From positions 1 through 64,000 of IMG/VR virus record IMGVR_UViG_2866816733_000004: 64,000 nucleotides of DNA; one strand, written 5' to 3'. Below, in pieces: positions 55,865 through 64,000 of this stretch. A model generated the notes under the pieces. That model saw only the letters and a list, made by a program, of their open reading frames with translations. It did no database searches and was not told where the DNA came from. A program made the position numbers and the translations under genes. Within the stretch, counting starts at the first letter, position 1; each line of letters opens with the position of its first letter. The stretch comes from a virus. Lineage: Duplodnaviria > Caudoviricetes.

Positions 55865-56944
55865 GTGACGCTGAAGCGGCCCCTGTACATGCAGGCGGGC
55901 GGCGGCGATACACCCTTCTCCTACGACGCGGTCGACTTCCGTGCGATCCTCGCTTCGGTCTTCAACGTCGGGGGCGTCTGCAACACCAGCCCCGCCGACC
56001 TGAAGGTGACCCAGCGCAGCGCTGGCGCCAACTTCTCCGTGGACGTGGCGGCCGGGTATGCGGTCATCGCCGGAACCGACGTAGCCGGGCAGGGGTTCTA
56101 CCTGGTCCAGAGCACCGCCACGGTGAACCTGGTGGTGCCGCCGCCGCCGGTGTCCGGGACGCGGGTTCACCGGGTGGTGGCGCAGGTCCGCGACAAGCTC
56201 CACAACGGGGCGTTGGCGGCGAACACCTACGACTTTGTGCTGAGCGTGCTGGAGGACACCGGGTCGGGGACGCCAGCGACGCCCGCGTCGGCGCTGAGCC
56301 TGGCGACGGTGAGCGTCGCGTCCACAGCACTCAATGTGAGCGACAGCAACATCACCGACACGCGGGTGAATGCGGTCTCCACGATAGGCATCGGCCGGTG
56401 GGTCGGGTCTGATGCGCTTCGCCCTCCCGCTCCGGTGGACGGCGAGCTGATCTGGCGGACGGACAAGAGCTACTACGAGGTCGCGGTTTCCGGGTCGTGG
56501 CGGCCTATCGGCCTCGCCGCACCCGCCGCGCGCCTCGGCCGCGTCACCACCAACCAGTCGATCACCAACAACACGACGACGCCACTCCAATGGAATTCGG
56601 AGTTCGAGGACACCCACGGCGGCCACGACAACTCCACCAACAACAGCCGTTACACCGCGCCGATCGACGGGCTGTACCAGGTGACGGCGACCGTCGCGTG
56701 GGACTCCAACTCCAGCGGAATCCGGGAGATCTCGCTGCGCGTCAACGGATCCACGATCTTGGACGGTAACCGGATCGGTGCCGGTTTCAACATCACCTTG
56801 ACGCAGACCGTGAGCCACCTCGTGCGGCTCACCGCAGGCCAGTACGTCGAGGCGATCGTGTGGCAGAACACCGGCGGGTCGCTGGCCATCGACAGGACGT
56901 TCCACGCCGGCCCGCTGATGGACGTCGTCTGGATGCGCCCGTGA
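55865..56944 (+). CDS. Minor tail protein with C-terminal C1q-like beta domain
   Basis: SVDVAAG.A.I, SRYTAP..GLY.V, LTAGQYVE..VWQN.G. Confidence 0.75.
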   Translation: MTLKRPLYMQAGGGDTPFSYDAVDFRAILASVFNVGGVCNTSPADLKVTQRSAGANFSVDVAAGYAVIAGTDVAGQGFYLVQSTATVNLVVPPPPVSGTRVHRVVAQVRDKLHNGALAANTYDFVLSVLEDTGSGTPATPASALSLATVSVASTALNVSDSNITDTRVNAVSTIGIGRWVGSDALRPPAPVDGELIWRTDKSYYEVAVSGSWRPIGLAAPAARLGRVTTNQSITNNTTTPLQWNSEFEDTHGGHDNSTNNSRYTAPIDGLYQVTATVAWDSNSSGIREISLRVNGSTILDGNRIGAGFNITLTQTVSHLVRLTAGQYVEAIVWQNTGGSLAIDRTFHAGPLMDVVWMRP

Positions 56945-56963
56945 CCATGCGAAGGGGAGCCTG

Positions 56964-57311
56964 ATGTTCACCCCGGCCACCCGCGATGCCGTCATGGACG
57001 GCACGTCGATCGCCGCGCTGTGCACGCACGCGAGCCTGCACACGGCAGACCCGGGCGGGACCGGCGCGAGCGAGGTGGCGGGCGGCTCGTACGCGCGCGT
57101 CGCGGTCACGTGGGCGGCGTCGTCCGGCGGCACGAAGACCCTCACGGCCGCCGTGACGCTGCAGATCCCGGCAGGGACGACGTTCACCCACTTCGGCCTG
57201 TGGTCAGCCGTCAGCGGTGGGACGTTCCGAGGCGGCGAACTGCTCAGCGCGTTGCAGTCGTATCCGACCGGCGGCACCTTCGACCTGTCGATTTCAATCC
57301 CGTCGACGTAG
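56964..57311 (+). CDS. Small tail fibre-associated protein
   Basis: SLHTADPG.TG.SE..GGSYAR, THFGLWSA.SGGTF. Confidence 0.8.
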   Translation: MFTPATRDAVMDGTSIAALCTHASLHTADPGGTGASEVAGGSYARVAVTWAASSGGTKTLTAAVTLQIPAGTTFTHFGLWSAVSGGTFRGGELLSALQSYPTGGTFDLSISIPST

Positions 57312-57426
57312 GAGCGCTCACAGTGACATTCACCGCCCAGGCGACGATGGCCGCCGCCGAGGCGTTCTGCGCAAGGGACATCAACGCCTCGCGGGACGAC
57401 CTCGCCGAAGTAGGGATCAGCGCCTG

Positions 57427-57897
57427 ATGGCCAAGGCTGGATATGCCGTCGTCACCGGGGGCGCGGTTGCCCTGTCGGCGGCGACCGCCAAGAGCGTCCT
57501 GGGCGTGAAGGCGCCGTCCGGGAACGGCATCGACCTCAAGAAGTTTCGGGTCGCCTTCGACGGCGTGACCGCGACGAACGTCCCGGTGCTGGTCGAGCTG
57601 TGCGCGGCGACGTTCGCGACGAACTCGCCCGGCACCAACAGCACCAGCGTGACGCCTGTGCAGGTGTACGGCCGGGCCGTCACGGTTGGTGCGACGGCGG
57701 CCAGGACCTGGACCACGGAGCCAACGGTACTCACGGTGATCGGCGAGTTCCTGCTGTCGCCTGCCGGGGGCGTGGTCTTCTACGACTTCCCGCTCGGCGA
57801 CACTCCGGACTCGGCGGTGTCCGAGGGGTTCGTGATCCGCTGCAACGCGCCCGCTGTTGTGAACGTCAGGGCCAGCCTCGAATTCGAGCGCTGCTAG
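57427..57897 (+). CDS. Minor tail/structural beta protein
   Basis: FDGVTA..VPVLVEL, T.EPT.LT; TGATG coupling. Confidence 0.7.
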   Translation: MAKAGYAVVTGGAVALSAATAKSVLGVKAPSGNGIDLKKFRVAFDGVTATNVPVLVELCAATFATNSPGTNSTSVTPVQVYGRAVTVGATAARTWTTEPTVLTVIGEFLLSPAGGVVFYDFPLGDTPDSAVSEGFVIRCNAPAVVNVRASLEFERC

Positions 57898-58331
57898 GGC
57901 CGCCACTCGTCCCGGTAGTCGCGATGGTCGGCGTACGGCAGAGTGAGCAGGCGCATGGTGGTGCACGGCCACTCTCCGATGATCTCTTCTCTAACATGGC
58001 ACGTCGCGCAGTAGCGCCAGCGGAGCGGTTCTGACCCTCCCAGCACGGCACCGCCCTCCATCGGGTGCTCCGCGAAGATCCGCCGCTTGGCCTCGACGTC
58101 GGCCAGCACGTGGTCAGGGTCGTGGCGGGCGGCATGGTCGAGCACGTCCGCCTCGTTCTTGTCAGCGGTGGCGATGACGTGGCCGCTCTGCGGATCGTCG
58201 TAGCTGGCGTACAGATCGCCAAGGATGCCGTCTGTGCGCCAGGCCCCCGAGTGGGCTGCGGCCAGCGCGCGCTGGGCCAGGGCGGCATCCTCGTCCAGCC
58301 GCTCGTTCAGGAATCTCACCAGGTCGTCCAC
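57894..58331 (-). CDS. DUF6221-family protein (antisense insert)
   Basis: DLV.FL..RLDED, H.ARHDP..VLADVEAKRRI, WPC.T.RLL.LPYADH.DYR.EWRP. Confidence 0.85.
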   Translation of the reverse strand: MDDLVRFLNERLDEDAALAQRALAAAHSGAWRTDGILGDLYASYDDPQSGHVIATADKNEADVLDHAARHDPDHVLADVEAKRRIFAEHPMEGGAVLGGSEPLRWRYCATCHVREEIIGEWPCTTMRLLTLPYADHRDYRDEWRP

Positions 58332-58360
58332 GTCTCCAGCATCGCACCGACGGGAGGACC

Positions 58361-59056
58361 GTGGAGCTGAATAACGGCGCCGAAGGCGGGACGAACACCA
58401 CCACGGTCTCTGCCGCCAACAGCGGCGGCGCCAGCGGCAACCCGTTCGACTCCGTGGTCGGCACCCCGACGATCACGTTCGACAACACGCACGCGCTCGG
58501 GAACTTGAGCTACAAGGTCGTCGCCGGGGCCAGCGCGCAGCAGATGGTGTGGTCGTCGGCCAGCCACGGCACGCAGTCCGAGACGTGGGGCCGCCTCTAC
58601 CTGTACTCGTCCGGCGCGCCGTCCGCAGTGACCGGTATCGTCCGCTGGCTCGTCGGCGTCGGCCAGACCGCACGGCTCCGCTACGAGTCCACCGGCGTCC
58701 TCACCCTGTCCGACGTGGGCAACAACCCAGAGTTCGCCACCGCCAACCCGATCCCGACTGGGCAGTGGGTGCGCCTCGAGTGGCACATCCTGTTCCAGGC
58801 CGGGACCGGAGTGTGCGACTTGCGGACCTACAACAACGCCGACAGCACGACGCCTACCGAGTCGCTGTCGTCGGCGACCCTGAACGCGGCGGCGGGCTGC
58901 GACACCGTGCAGTGGGGATCGTTCAACGCGGTCACGTGGACGGGCTGGCTCGATGGTCTGCAGGTGAACAACACCGGCTTCCCCGGGCCCATCACCGCCC
59001 GCCCCGCCGTCACCGTCGCCAACCGCGCCGCCGTCGTGCGCGCGGCGGGGTGGTGA
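58361..59056 (+). CDS. Minor tail protein, ConA/lectin-like beta domain
   Basis: AEGGT..TTVS.ANSGG.SG.PFD, GQWVRLEW. Confidence 0.7.
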   Translation: MELNNGAEGGTNTTTVSAANSGGASGNPFDSVVGTPTITFDNTHALGNLSYKVVAGASAQQMVWSSASHGTQSETWGRLYLYSSGAPSAVTGIVRWLVGVGQTARLRYESTGVLTLSDVGNNPEFATANPIPTGQWVRLEWHILFQAGTGVCDLRTYNNADSTTPTESLSSATLNAAAGCDTVQWGSFNAVTWTGWLDGLQVNNTGFPGPITARPAVTVANRAAVVRAAGW

Positions 59057-59059
59057 CCA

Positions 59060-60463
59060 GTGGCACGACTCGGTCGCGGCCAGCCCAACCGGCCTGTCGT
59101 CACCCGTACCTCGGTCAAGGGCCCGCTCCCCGGCACCGGGACGATCCAGGTCAACTTCACGCTGACCGGCACCGGCACCAAGCACGCGTCCGGAACCGGG
59201 ACCATCGCGCTCGGGCTCGCGCTCACGGGCACGGGCGTCAAGCACGCGCCCGGGGCGGGCGCCGTCGCCATCGCGTTCACCCTCACCGGCAGCGGCACGA
59301 AACAGACCGGTATCGGGTTGCCGCCGAGACCGCGGACCCGCTGGCAACTCATCCTTGGCCCCGCGTCGGGCGGCCATGAGCTCGCGTTGACGGAGGCGAC
59401 CGGCCGCCGCTACACGGCGCGGCTGACGGACGCGTCAGAGCTGGCGTTCTCTCTGGATGGACGGCACTCGCAGGCCGCGGCGGTCGAAGAGCTCGCTACC
59501 GATGTGCACGTGTTGTGGACCTCTGATGCGGGGGACAGTCGGCTGCTGGACCGGTGCCGGGTCGGTTCGACGCAGGACACCCTGGATGACGCCAAGCACA
59601 CGATGTCGGTTGGCTGCCTGGACTACAAGGCAGTGTTGAATCGGCGTCGGCTGTACTCCGACGCGACCCTCACCTACACCGCCAGCGATCAGGCCGAGAT
59701 CGCTTGGGCCCTGATCAACTACACGCAGGGCCTAGCCGGTGGTGCCCTCGGCATCGCCAAAGGATGGGTTGGGACAACACCGACGGGCGTGGTCCGTGAC
59801 CGGACGTACGAGGTCGGCGATTCCGTCGGCGAACGCGTCCAGGAGCTCAGCGAGGTCATCGACGGTTTCGACTGGGACGTCACGCCGGTCAGCGCGTCCG
59901 CTCTGCGGCTGGACGTGTGGTCACCGCAGCGGGGCTCTGATCGGGGCGTGGTTCTGGAGTTCGGCGGGATCGTCGCTGCGGCGACCAGGGACACCAACCC
60001 TGCCGACTACGCCAACGCGCTCCGGTATACCGGCGCTGCCGGTGATGACGTGGCCCCGGGCCCGACGGCTCAGGAGAGACAGGCCGGCGACATCGGCTCC
60101 GTCTTGCAGGGTCGCTGGGATGCGGTGTTCGGCGACGACGGCCTCACCACCCAGTCCGCGCTTGACGACCGCGCGGACTGGCAGCTGGCGCAGTCGCAGG
60201 TGGTCCGCCCGGTCTGGACGGTCACGCTGCGCGCCGGCGCGTGGGATGGGCCCGACCACATCTGGCTGGGTGACCCAGTCCGGTTGATTGTCAGATCCGG
60301 GCGGCTCGCCGTCGACACCACACTCCGGGTGTTCGAGGTCGAGATCGGGCTGGACGGCAACGGCGGCGAGTCAGTGCAGCTCGCGCTTGGCGGACCACGT
60401 CCAGACTACCGGAGGCGCCCGTCGCTGGTGGATCGGCGGCTGACGAACCTGGAGAGGCGGTAG
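59060..60463 (+). CDS. Minor tail/baseplate hub-like protein with three N-terminal 20-aa repeats
   Basis: GTG.I.....LTG.G.K repeats 59132-59311; C-terminal LGD.V...R Gp37-like domain. Confidence 0.72.
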   Translation: MARLGRGQPNRPVVTRTSVKGPLPGTGTIQVNFTLTGTGTKHASGTGTIALGLALTGTGVKHAPGAGAVAIAFTLTGSGTKQTGIGLPPRPRTRWQLILGPASGGHELALTEATGRRYTARLTDASELAFSLDGRHSQAAAVEELATDVHVLWTSDAGDSRLLDRCRVGSTQDTLDDAKHTMSVGCLDYKAVLNRRRLYSDATLTYTASDQAEIAWALINYTQGLAGGALGIAKGWVGTTPTGVVRDRTYEVGDSVGERVQELSEVIDGFDWDVTPVSASALRLDVWSPQRGSDRGVVLEFGGIVAAATRDTNPADYANALRYTGAAGDDVAPGPTAQERQAGDIGSVLQGRWDAVFGDDGLTTQSALDDRADWQLAQSQVVRPVWTVTLRAGAWDGPDHIWLGDPVRLIVRSGRLAVDTTLRVFEVEIGLDGNGGESVQLALGGPRPDYRRRPSLVDRRLTNLERR

Positions 60464-60466
60464 GGA

Positions 60467-60757
60467 GTGACGGCTGCCTTGGCCCAGGTTCCGTGGCAGA
60501 CGCTGCTGGCTAGCGGTCTGGTGGCGGGCCTGCTCGCCACGATCGTGCTGATCGTCCGGTCGATCATCCAAGGCGCGCTTGTTCCCCGCCAGCATCTGCT
60601 GGACGTGCAGGCCGAGCGCGACAAATGGGAGGCCGCATGGCGGGTACAGCAGGAGACGCTCGCCGAGATCGATGGCCGGCTGGACGCCAACACCGAGGCG
60701 CTGAGGCTCATGCAGCAGCTGGTGGACGCGCTGGCGACGAAGGGGTCGGCGCGGTGA
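60467..60757 (+). CDS. Membrane protein (lysis region)
   Basis: One TM, G.LVPR, coiled coil. Confidence 0.7.
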   Translation: MTAALAQVPWQTLLASGLVAGLLATIVLIVRSIIQGALVPRQHLLDVQAERDKWEAAWRVQQETLAEIDGRLDANTEALRLMQQLVDALATKGSAR

Positions 60758-60957
60758 GGCTGCCGTGGCGGCGACGCCGCGATGACGCCATTCCCTCCGA
60801 CGCCGACGAAGCGTTGGAGCTCAGCGAGCAGCGGCGGGAGCAGGCCGTCGAGCGACGTGCGGAGTTCGACCGGCTCGCCGAGCGGATGCGGCGTATGCGG
60901 ACGACCAACCATTTGGCGGAGCGGTTCGCGCAGGCTTTGAGGGAGGGGCGTCGTTGA
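60754..60957 (+). CDS. Small hypothetical protein (lysis region)
   Basis: RR.R..NH.AE.F motif; GTGA coupling. Confidence 0.7.
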   Translation: MRLPWRRRRDDAIPSDADEALELSEQRREQAVERRAEFDRLAERMRRMRTTNHLAERFAQALREGRR

Positions 60958-61277
60958 TCCAGTTGCTCGGCACCATCGGCCTGGTCGCGGGCGCCGTGGC
61001 GGCCACCGCGTTCGTGGGGCTGTACCACCTGTCGGCGCGCTGGTGGCGCAGCGAGGAGGGCATTCACCTGATGGCGTTCACCGGTGCGCTGGCGGTGGTG
61101 TTCGACTGGCAGTCGGTGCGGGCGCTCATCGTCGGCATGCGGCAGGTGTCGCTGGGTGTGGAGATCACGCGTGCCGCCATCTACTGCACGGTGGCGGCCC
61201 TGCTGGTGTGGCGGCTGTGGCTGCTGTACCGGCTGCAGATTCGGCCGGGGATGAAGCGTGAGAGGGGCAGGCAGTGA
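60954..61277 (+). CDS. Putative holin-like 3-TM protein
   Basis: Three hydrophobic helices, WWRS..G..LM. Confidence 0.7.
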   Translation: MIQLLGTIGLVAGAVAATAFVGLYHLSARWWRSEEGIHLMAFTGALAVVFDWQSVRALIVGMRQVSLGVEITRAAIYCTVAALLVWRLWLLYRLQIRPGMKRERGRQ

Positions 61278-61414
61278 GCGAGATCGAGCACATGGGCGAG
61301 GTCGACCGGCATCCGGGCGTGCACCGGGCGACGGAGGCCGACGAGGAGCAGGTGCTGCGGGGGCTGTACGGCGAGCCCGACCAGTACGGCGTGTTCCAGG
61401 GGGTGGAGGGCTGA
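61274..61414 (+). CDS. Small acidic hypothetical protein
   Basis: TEADEEQVLRGLYGEPD..GVF.G, read manually. Confidence 0.6.
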   Translation: MSEIEHMGEVDRHPGVHRATEADEEQVLRGLYGEPDQYGVFQGVEG

Positions 61415-61893
61415 TGACCCGGGGTCCTGATTTGAGGCAACGAAAGAAGCGCGCAGACAGCGGCCGGGTTTCCTGGCCGCTCTTCTTTTCCCATATTGCG
61501 CTTCCGGATGAAAACAACTGCATGGAGTGGGTGGGCCCGGCAGGTGAAGCGACCCTCGGCTTCAAGTACGGACGCCATGGAGCGCGCACCGCGCACCGGA
61601 TGGCCTACGAGTACTGGCACGGCCCCATCCCCCACGGCCTGGTCATCGACCACGTGTACGCCTGGGGGTGCCGGAGCACCTTGTGCTGTGCACCTGACCA
61701 TCTCGAAGCCGTCACGCAGGCCGAGAACGTCGCACGCGGCCATAAGGGTGCCCTGTTCACGCACTGCCAGAGCGGCCACGAGATGACTTCGGCGAACACC
61801 TATGTCCGGAAGGACGGACGCGGTCGACAGTGCCGTCGGTGCAAGGCCGACCGCGAACGCATCCGGCAGCGCGCCTTGAAGGAGGCGGGCTGA
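61414..61893 (+). CDS. Free-standing HNH homing endonuclease
   Basis: C.EW.G, AHR.AYE...GPIP.GL.IDH..C....C..PDHLEAVT..EN, THC..GH...NT...R.CR.C. Confidence 0.88.
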   Translation: MTRGPDLRQRKKRADSGRVSWPLFFSHIALPDENNCMEWVGPAGEATLGFKYGRHGARTAHRMAYEYWHGPIPHGLVIDHVYAWGCRSTLCCAPDHLEAVTQAENVARGHKGALFTHCQSGHEMTSANTYVRKDGRGRQCRRCKADRERIRQRALKEAG

Positions 61894-62663
61894 TGACCGT
61901 AAGCAGCATGCTGGCCGAGGCGCGACGATGGCTCGGTACTAATGGCCGGCCGAACGCTCTGACGATGGCGTATGCCTCTCGGCACGGTGCCGACTATCGC
62001 AGCACGGCATGGTGTGACATCGCCGTGACTGAGTGGGCCCGCCGCTCCGGCAACACCGCCGCCGTCCTGCCAGGCGGGGATCGGGCCTACACGGTGTGGC
62101 ACGCGGAGGACTTCCAGAAGGCCGGACGCTGGCACACCGGCACCACGGCCGAGGTGAACGCGGCCAAGCCGGGCGACATCGTGTTCTTCGACTGGGGCGC
62201 GACCAACTCGATGGACGCCATCGACCACGTGGGCGTCATCGAGAGGGTGCTCGGTGACGGGCGGGTTCAGACGATCGAGGGCAACACCTCCGACCAGTGC
62301 CTGCGGCGCGTGCGCTCGGCCGACGTCATCGCCGGGTACGGCCGCCCGGCCTACAGCAACGAGGAGGACGACATGCCGCTCAGCGACGCCGACCTGAACA
62401 AGATCCGCGACATCGTGTGGAACACCGACACCGCCCCGGCTCCGACCGGCTCGGCGACCAAGGACAACCCGACGTGGCGGCACGTCAACCTGATGCGCGA
62501 CACCTACAGCGCGGTCCGCGAGGTGCAGGCGCTGGTGGCCGCGCTGGCCGGCCAGGTGCCCGACGTGGACGAGGCCGCGATCGCCCAGCACGTCGTGAAC
62601 GCGCTCCCCGAGACGCTCGCCCAGCAGGTGCTCGACGGGCTGAAGACCCGGCTGGAGAGCTGA
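61893..62663 (+). CDS. Endolysin, CHAP domain
   Basis: AWCD, PGDIVFFDW, DHVGVIE, TIEGNT. Confidence 0.9.
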   Translation: MTVSSMLAEARRWLGTNGRPNALTMAYASRHGADYRSTAWCDIAVTEWARRSGNTAAVLPGGDRAYTVWHAEDFQKAGRWHTGTTAEVNAAKPGDIVFFDWGATNSMDAIDHVGVIERVLGDGRVQTIEGNTSDQCLRRVRSADVIAGYGRPAYSNEEDDMPLSDADLNKIRDIVWNTDTAPAPTGSATKDNPTWRHVNLMRDTYSAVREVQALVAALAGQVPDVDEAAIAQHVVNALPETLAQQVLDGLKTRLES

Positions 62664-62734
62664 CCAGTCTTTATGCCGGATCCGGCAAGAACGTGGCGGC
62701 ATCCGTCGCCCGGTGACCCGAGGAGGTCGCACCC

Positions 62735-63079
62735 ATGAAGGTCTTCGGATATGAACCGGCCGTCATCGCCTACGCGGTGAACGCCGCCGTGGCGCTGCTG
62801 GTCGCCTACGGGCTGGACCTGTCGCAGGGCCAGGTGGAGGCCGTCGCCGTCATCACCACGGGCGTCCTGGCGGCGGTCGCGGCCGTGATGACCCGCCCGG
62901 TCGTGGTGTCCACCATCACCGGCGCTGCGGCCACCATCCTGACCGCGTTGGCCGCCTTCAAGATCGAGCTGACCGCCGACCAGATCGGCGCGACCGTCAC
63001 GGGGCTGTCCATCGTGCTTGCGCTGCTGCTGCGGCAAAACGTGTCCCCGGCGCCGGGCGTGACGGCGAGGCGCCCTTGA
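62735..63079 (+). CDS. Holin
   Basis: MK.FG.EP, four TMs, RQ.V.P; follows endolysin. Confidence 0.8.
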   Translation: MKVFGYEPAVIAYAVNAAVALLVAYGLDLSQGQVEAVAVITTGVLAAVAAVMTRPVVVSTITGAAATILTALAAFKIELTADQIGATVTGLSIVLALLLRQNVSPAPGVTARRP

Positions 63080-63172
63080 GCCCGGCGTTCGTCGGCCGGA
63101 TCCGGACCGGCGCGGGCACCCCTGACCCATAGACTGATTCTGCCCGGTATCCGGGCGTGGGGACAGCGCACG

Positions 63173-63212
63173 AACGCCCGCCTTCCTTCGGGAGGGCAGG
63201 CGTTTCGTCGTT
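63173..63212 (+). terminator. Intrinsic terminator-like hairpin (cTTCGg loop)
   Basis: AACGCC.GCCTTCC-TTCG-GGAGGGC.GGCGTT then TCGTCGTT. Confidence 0.7.
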
Positions 63213-63270
63213 CTCTTGAGACGGTTTCAAGTGCGGGCTCGCCGATCAAGGTCCTTCAGGTTCCCGCGCA

Positions 63271-63318
63271 ACGACGCCTCGTCCTCTGCTTCGGCGGAGG
63301 GCGGGGCGTTTCGTCGTG
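63271..63318 (+). terminator. Second paralogous terminator-like hairpin (cTTCGg loop)
   Basis: ACGCCTCGTCCTCTGC-TTCG-GCGGAGGGCGGGGCGT then TTCGTCGT. Confidence 0.7.
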
Positions 63319-63325
63319 TGCGAGG

Positions 63326-63547
63326 TCAGGTGGGCTCCTCGTAGAAGCCGTCCAGATGTTGATCCAGCTCAGCCAGATCCGGGTGCGCTGCGATCTCGCG
63401 CCGATCCGCTTCTCGCATTGCCGCCTCGGCTACCAGGGTCGTAGCCGCCGCCTCCAGCATCTCCGCGTCCCCGCGTAGGAGGGCGGCCCTGAGGCGCATC
63501 ATGGCAGCACGGAACTCGGGATCATCCGGGGATGTCGTGGCGCTCAC
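63326..63547 (-). CDS. Small hypothetical protein
   Basis: GTGA-coupled to 63544-63909. Confidence 0.6.
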   Translation of the reverse strand: MSATTSPDDPEFRAAMMRLRAALLRGDAEMLEAAATTLVAEAAMREADRREIAAHPDLAELDQHLDGFYEEPT

Positions 63548-63909
63548 TGTTCCGGGCCTTCTGGGCGCGGTGCCCCGGCCAGGGCCTTCCGCATCGAGGC
63601 GGCCATCTCCGTGACCGCTGCGCTGAGCCGCTCGAACTGGGGAGCGAGTTCCGCGAACTTCTTGGCCGACCGGGCCAGCGCGACCGACTGCAGGCGCTTC
63701 AGGGTGGTGGGCCGGGACGCGATCCCGGCGGCGTGCACGCGGCGGGCGATCTCGTTGACGGACACGCCTGAGCGGTGGATCACGAACAGGTACTGCCAGA
63801 ACGCCTGATCGACTTCGTCCTTTCGGGCGTCGAGTTCGAGCTTCGTGGCGATGATGGCGTCCACGTCGTCGGTGGTGAGCTGGCGGGCGGGTTCGATGTG
63901 GGTGTCCAT
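63544..63909 (-). CDS. Helical protein with HTH-like segment
   Basis: SD AGGAGG; HRSGVSVNEIARRV...SRPT. Confidence 0.7.
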   Translation of the reverse strand: MDTHIEPARQLTTDDVDAIIATKLELDARKDEVDQAFWQYLFVIHRSGVSVNEIARRVHAAGIASRPTTLKRLQSVALARSAKKFAELAPQFERLSAAVTEMAASMRKALAGAPRPEGPEQ

Positions 63910-63923
63910 GCGGGCCTCCTGAT

Positions 63924-63984
63924 GGTCAAAGGACTTGACCTCTACTATGCAGTCAAATCCTTTGACCGGTCAAGATATTTGACC
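63924..63984 (-). promoter_or_regulatory. Three RGTCAA-N5-TTGACC palindromes over a - strand promoter
   Basis: 63924-63940, 63951-63967, 63968-63984; - strand TTGACC-18nt-CATAGT. Confidence 0.78.
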
Positions 63985-64000
63985 GAAGAATCTGAGGTGT

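Larger units (their letters stand above)
1..64000. mobile_element. Temperate siphovirus-like prophage of an actinomycete (ends probably outside or at the window edges)
   Basis: Repressor/Cro pair, Sak, WhiB, TerS/TerL, portal, capsid, major tail, frameshifting tail chaperone, long tape measure, endolysin and holin in canonical order; no sheath gene. Confidence 0.97.

Noticed and set aside
1-64000. tRNA/tmRNA, integrase, att sites, IS elements
   Set aside because: None recognisable by eye; a tRNAscan/Infernal run and flanking sequence are needed to exclude them

Overview
The window holds most of a temperate siphovirus-type prophage of a high-GC actinomycete; the host genus cannot be determined. 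No integrase or att site is visible; the integrase probably lies just left of the window. Layout: (1) a divergent immunity region with an XRE repressor and a Cro-like gene (744-1717); (2) a ~26 kb translationally coupled early operon (Rad52/Sak recombinase, HNHs, XF1762, DUF5131, WhiB, replication initiator and loader, SLOG, MmcB-like nuclease, FtsK-gamma fusion, DUF4326, RNA-ligase-like protein, many small hypotheticals); (3) a pre-terminase late block with a repeat-containing fibre-like module and a sugar-modification cluster (three GT-A-type glycosyltransferases, a SAM methyltransferase, an NDP-sugar epimerase/dehydratase); (4) HNH, a probable cos region, TerS/TerL, a portal with a class 3 intein, minor capsid, scaffold, major capsid and a fourth (GT4) glycosyltransferase; (5) neck and tail genes with a -1 frameshift and a CHAP-tipped tape measure; (6) a lysis cassette. 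The most interesting candidates are a phage-encoded virion-glycosylation pathway with its own sugar-tailoring enzymes, the Pro-initiated Zn-finger-bearing portal intein, a four-hairpin leader before the scaffold gene, a GATC array at the packaging site, two 20-aa-repeat fibre modules, and small antisense HTH cassettes with their own operators. All family assignments come from motif recognition by eye, with no database searches.
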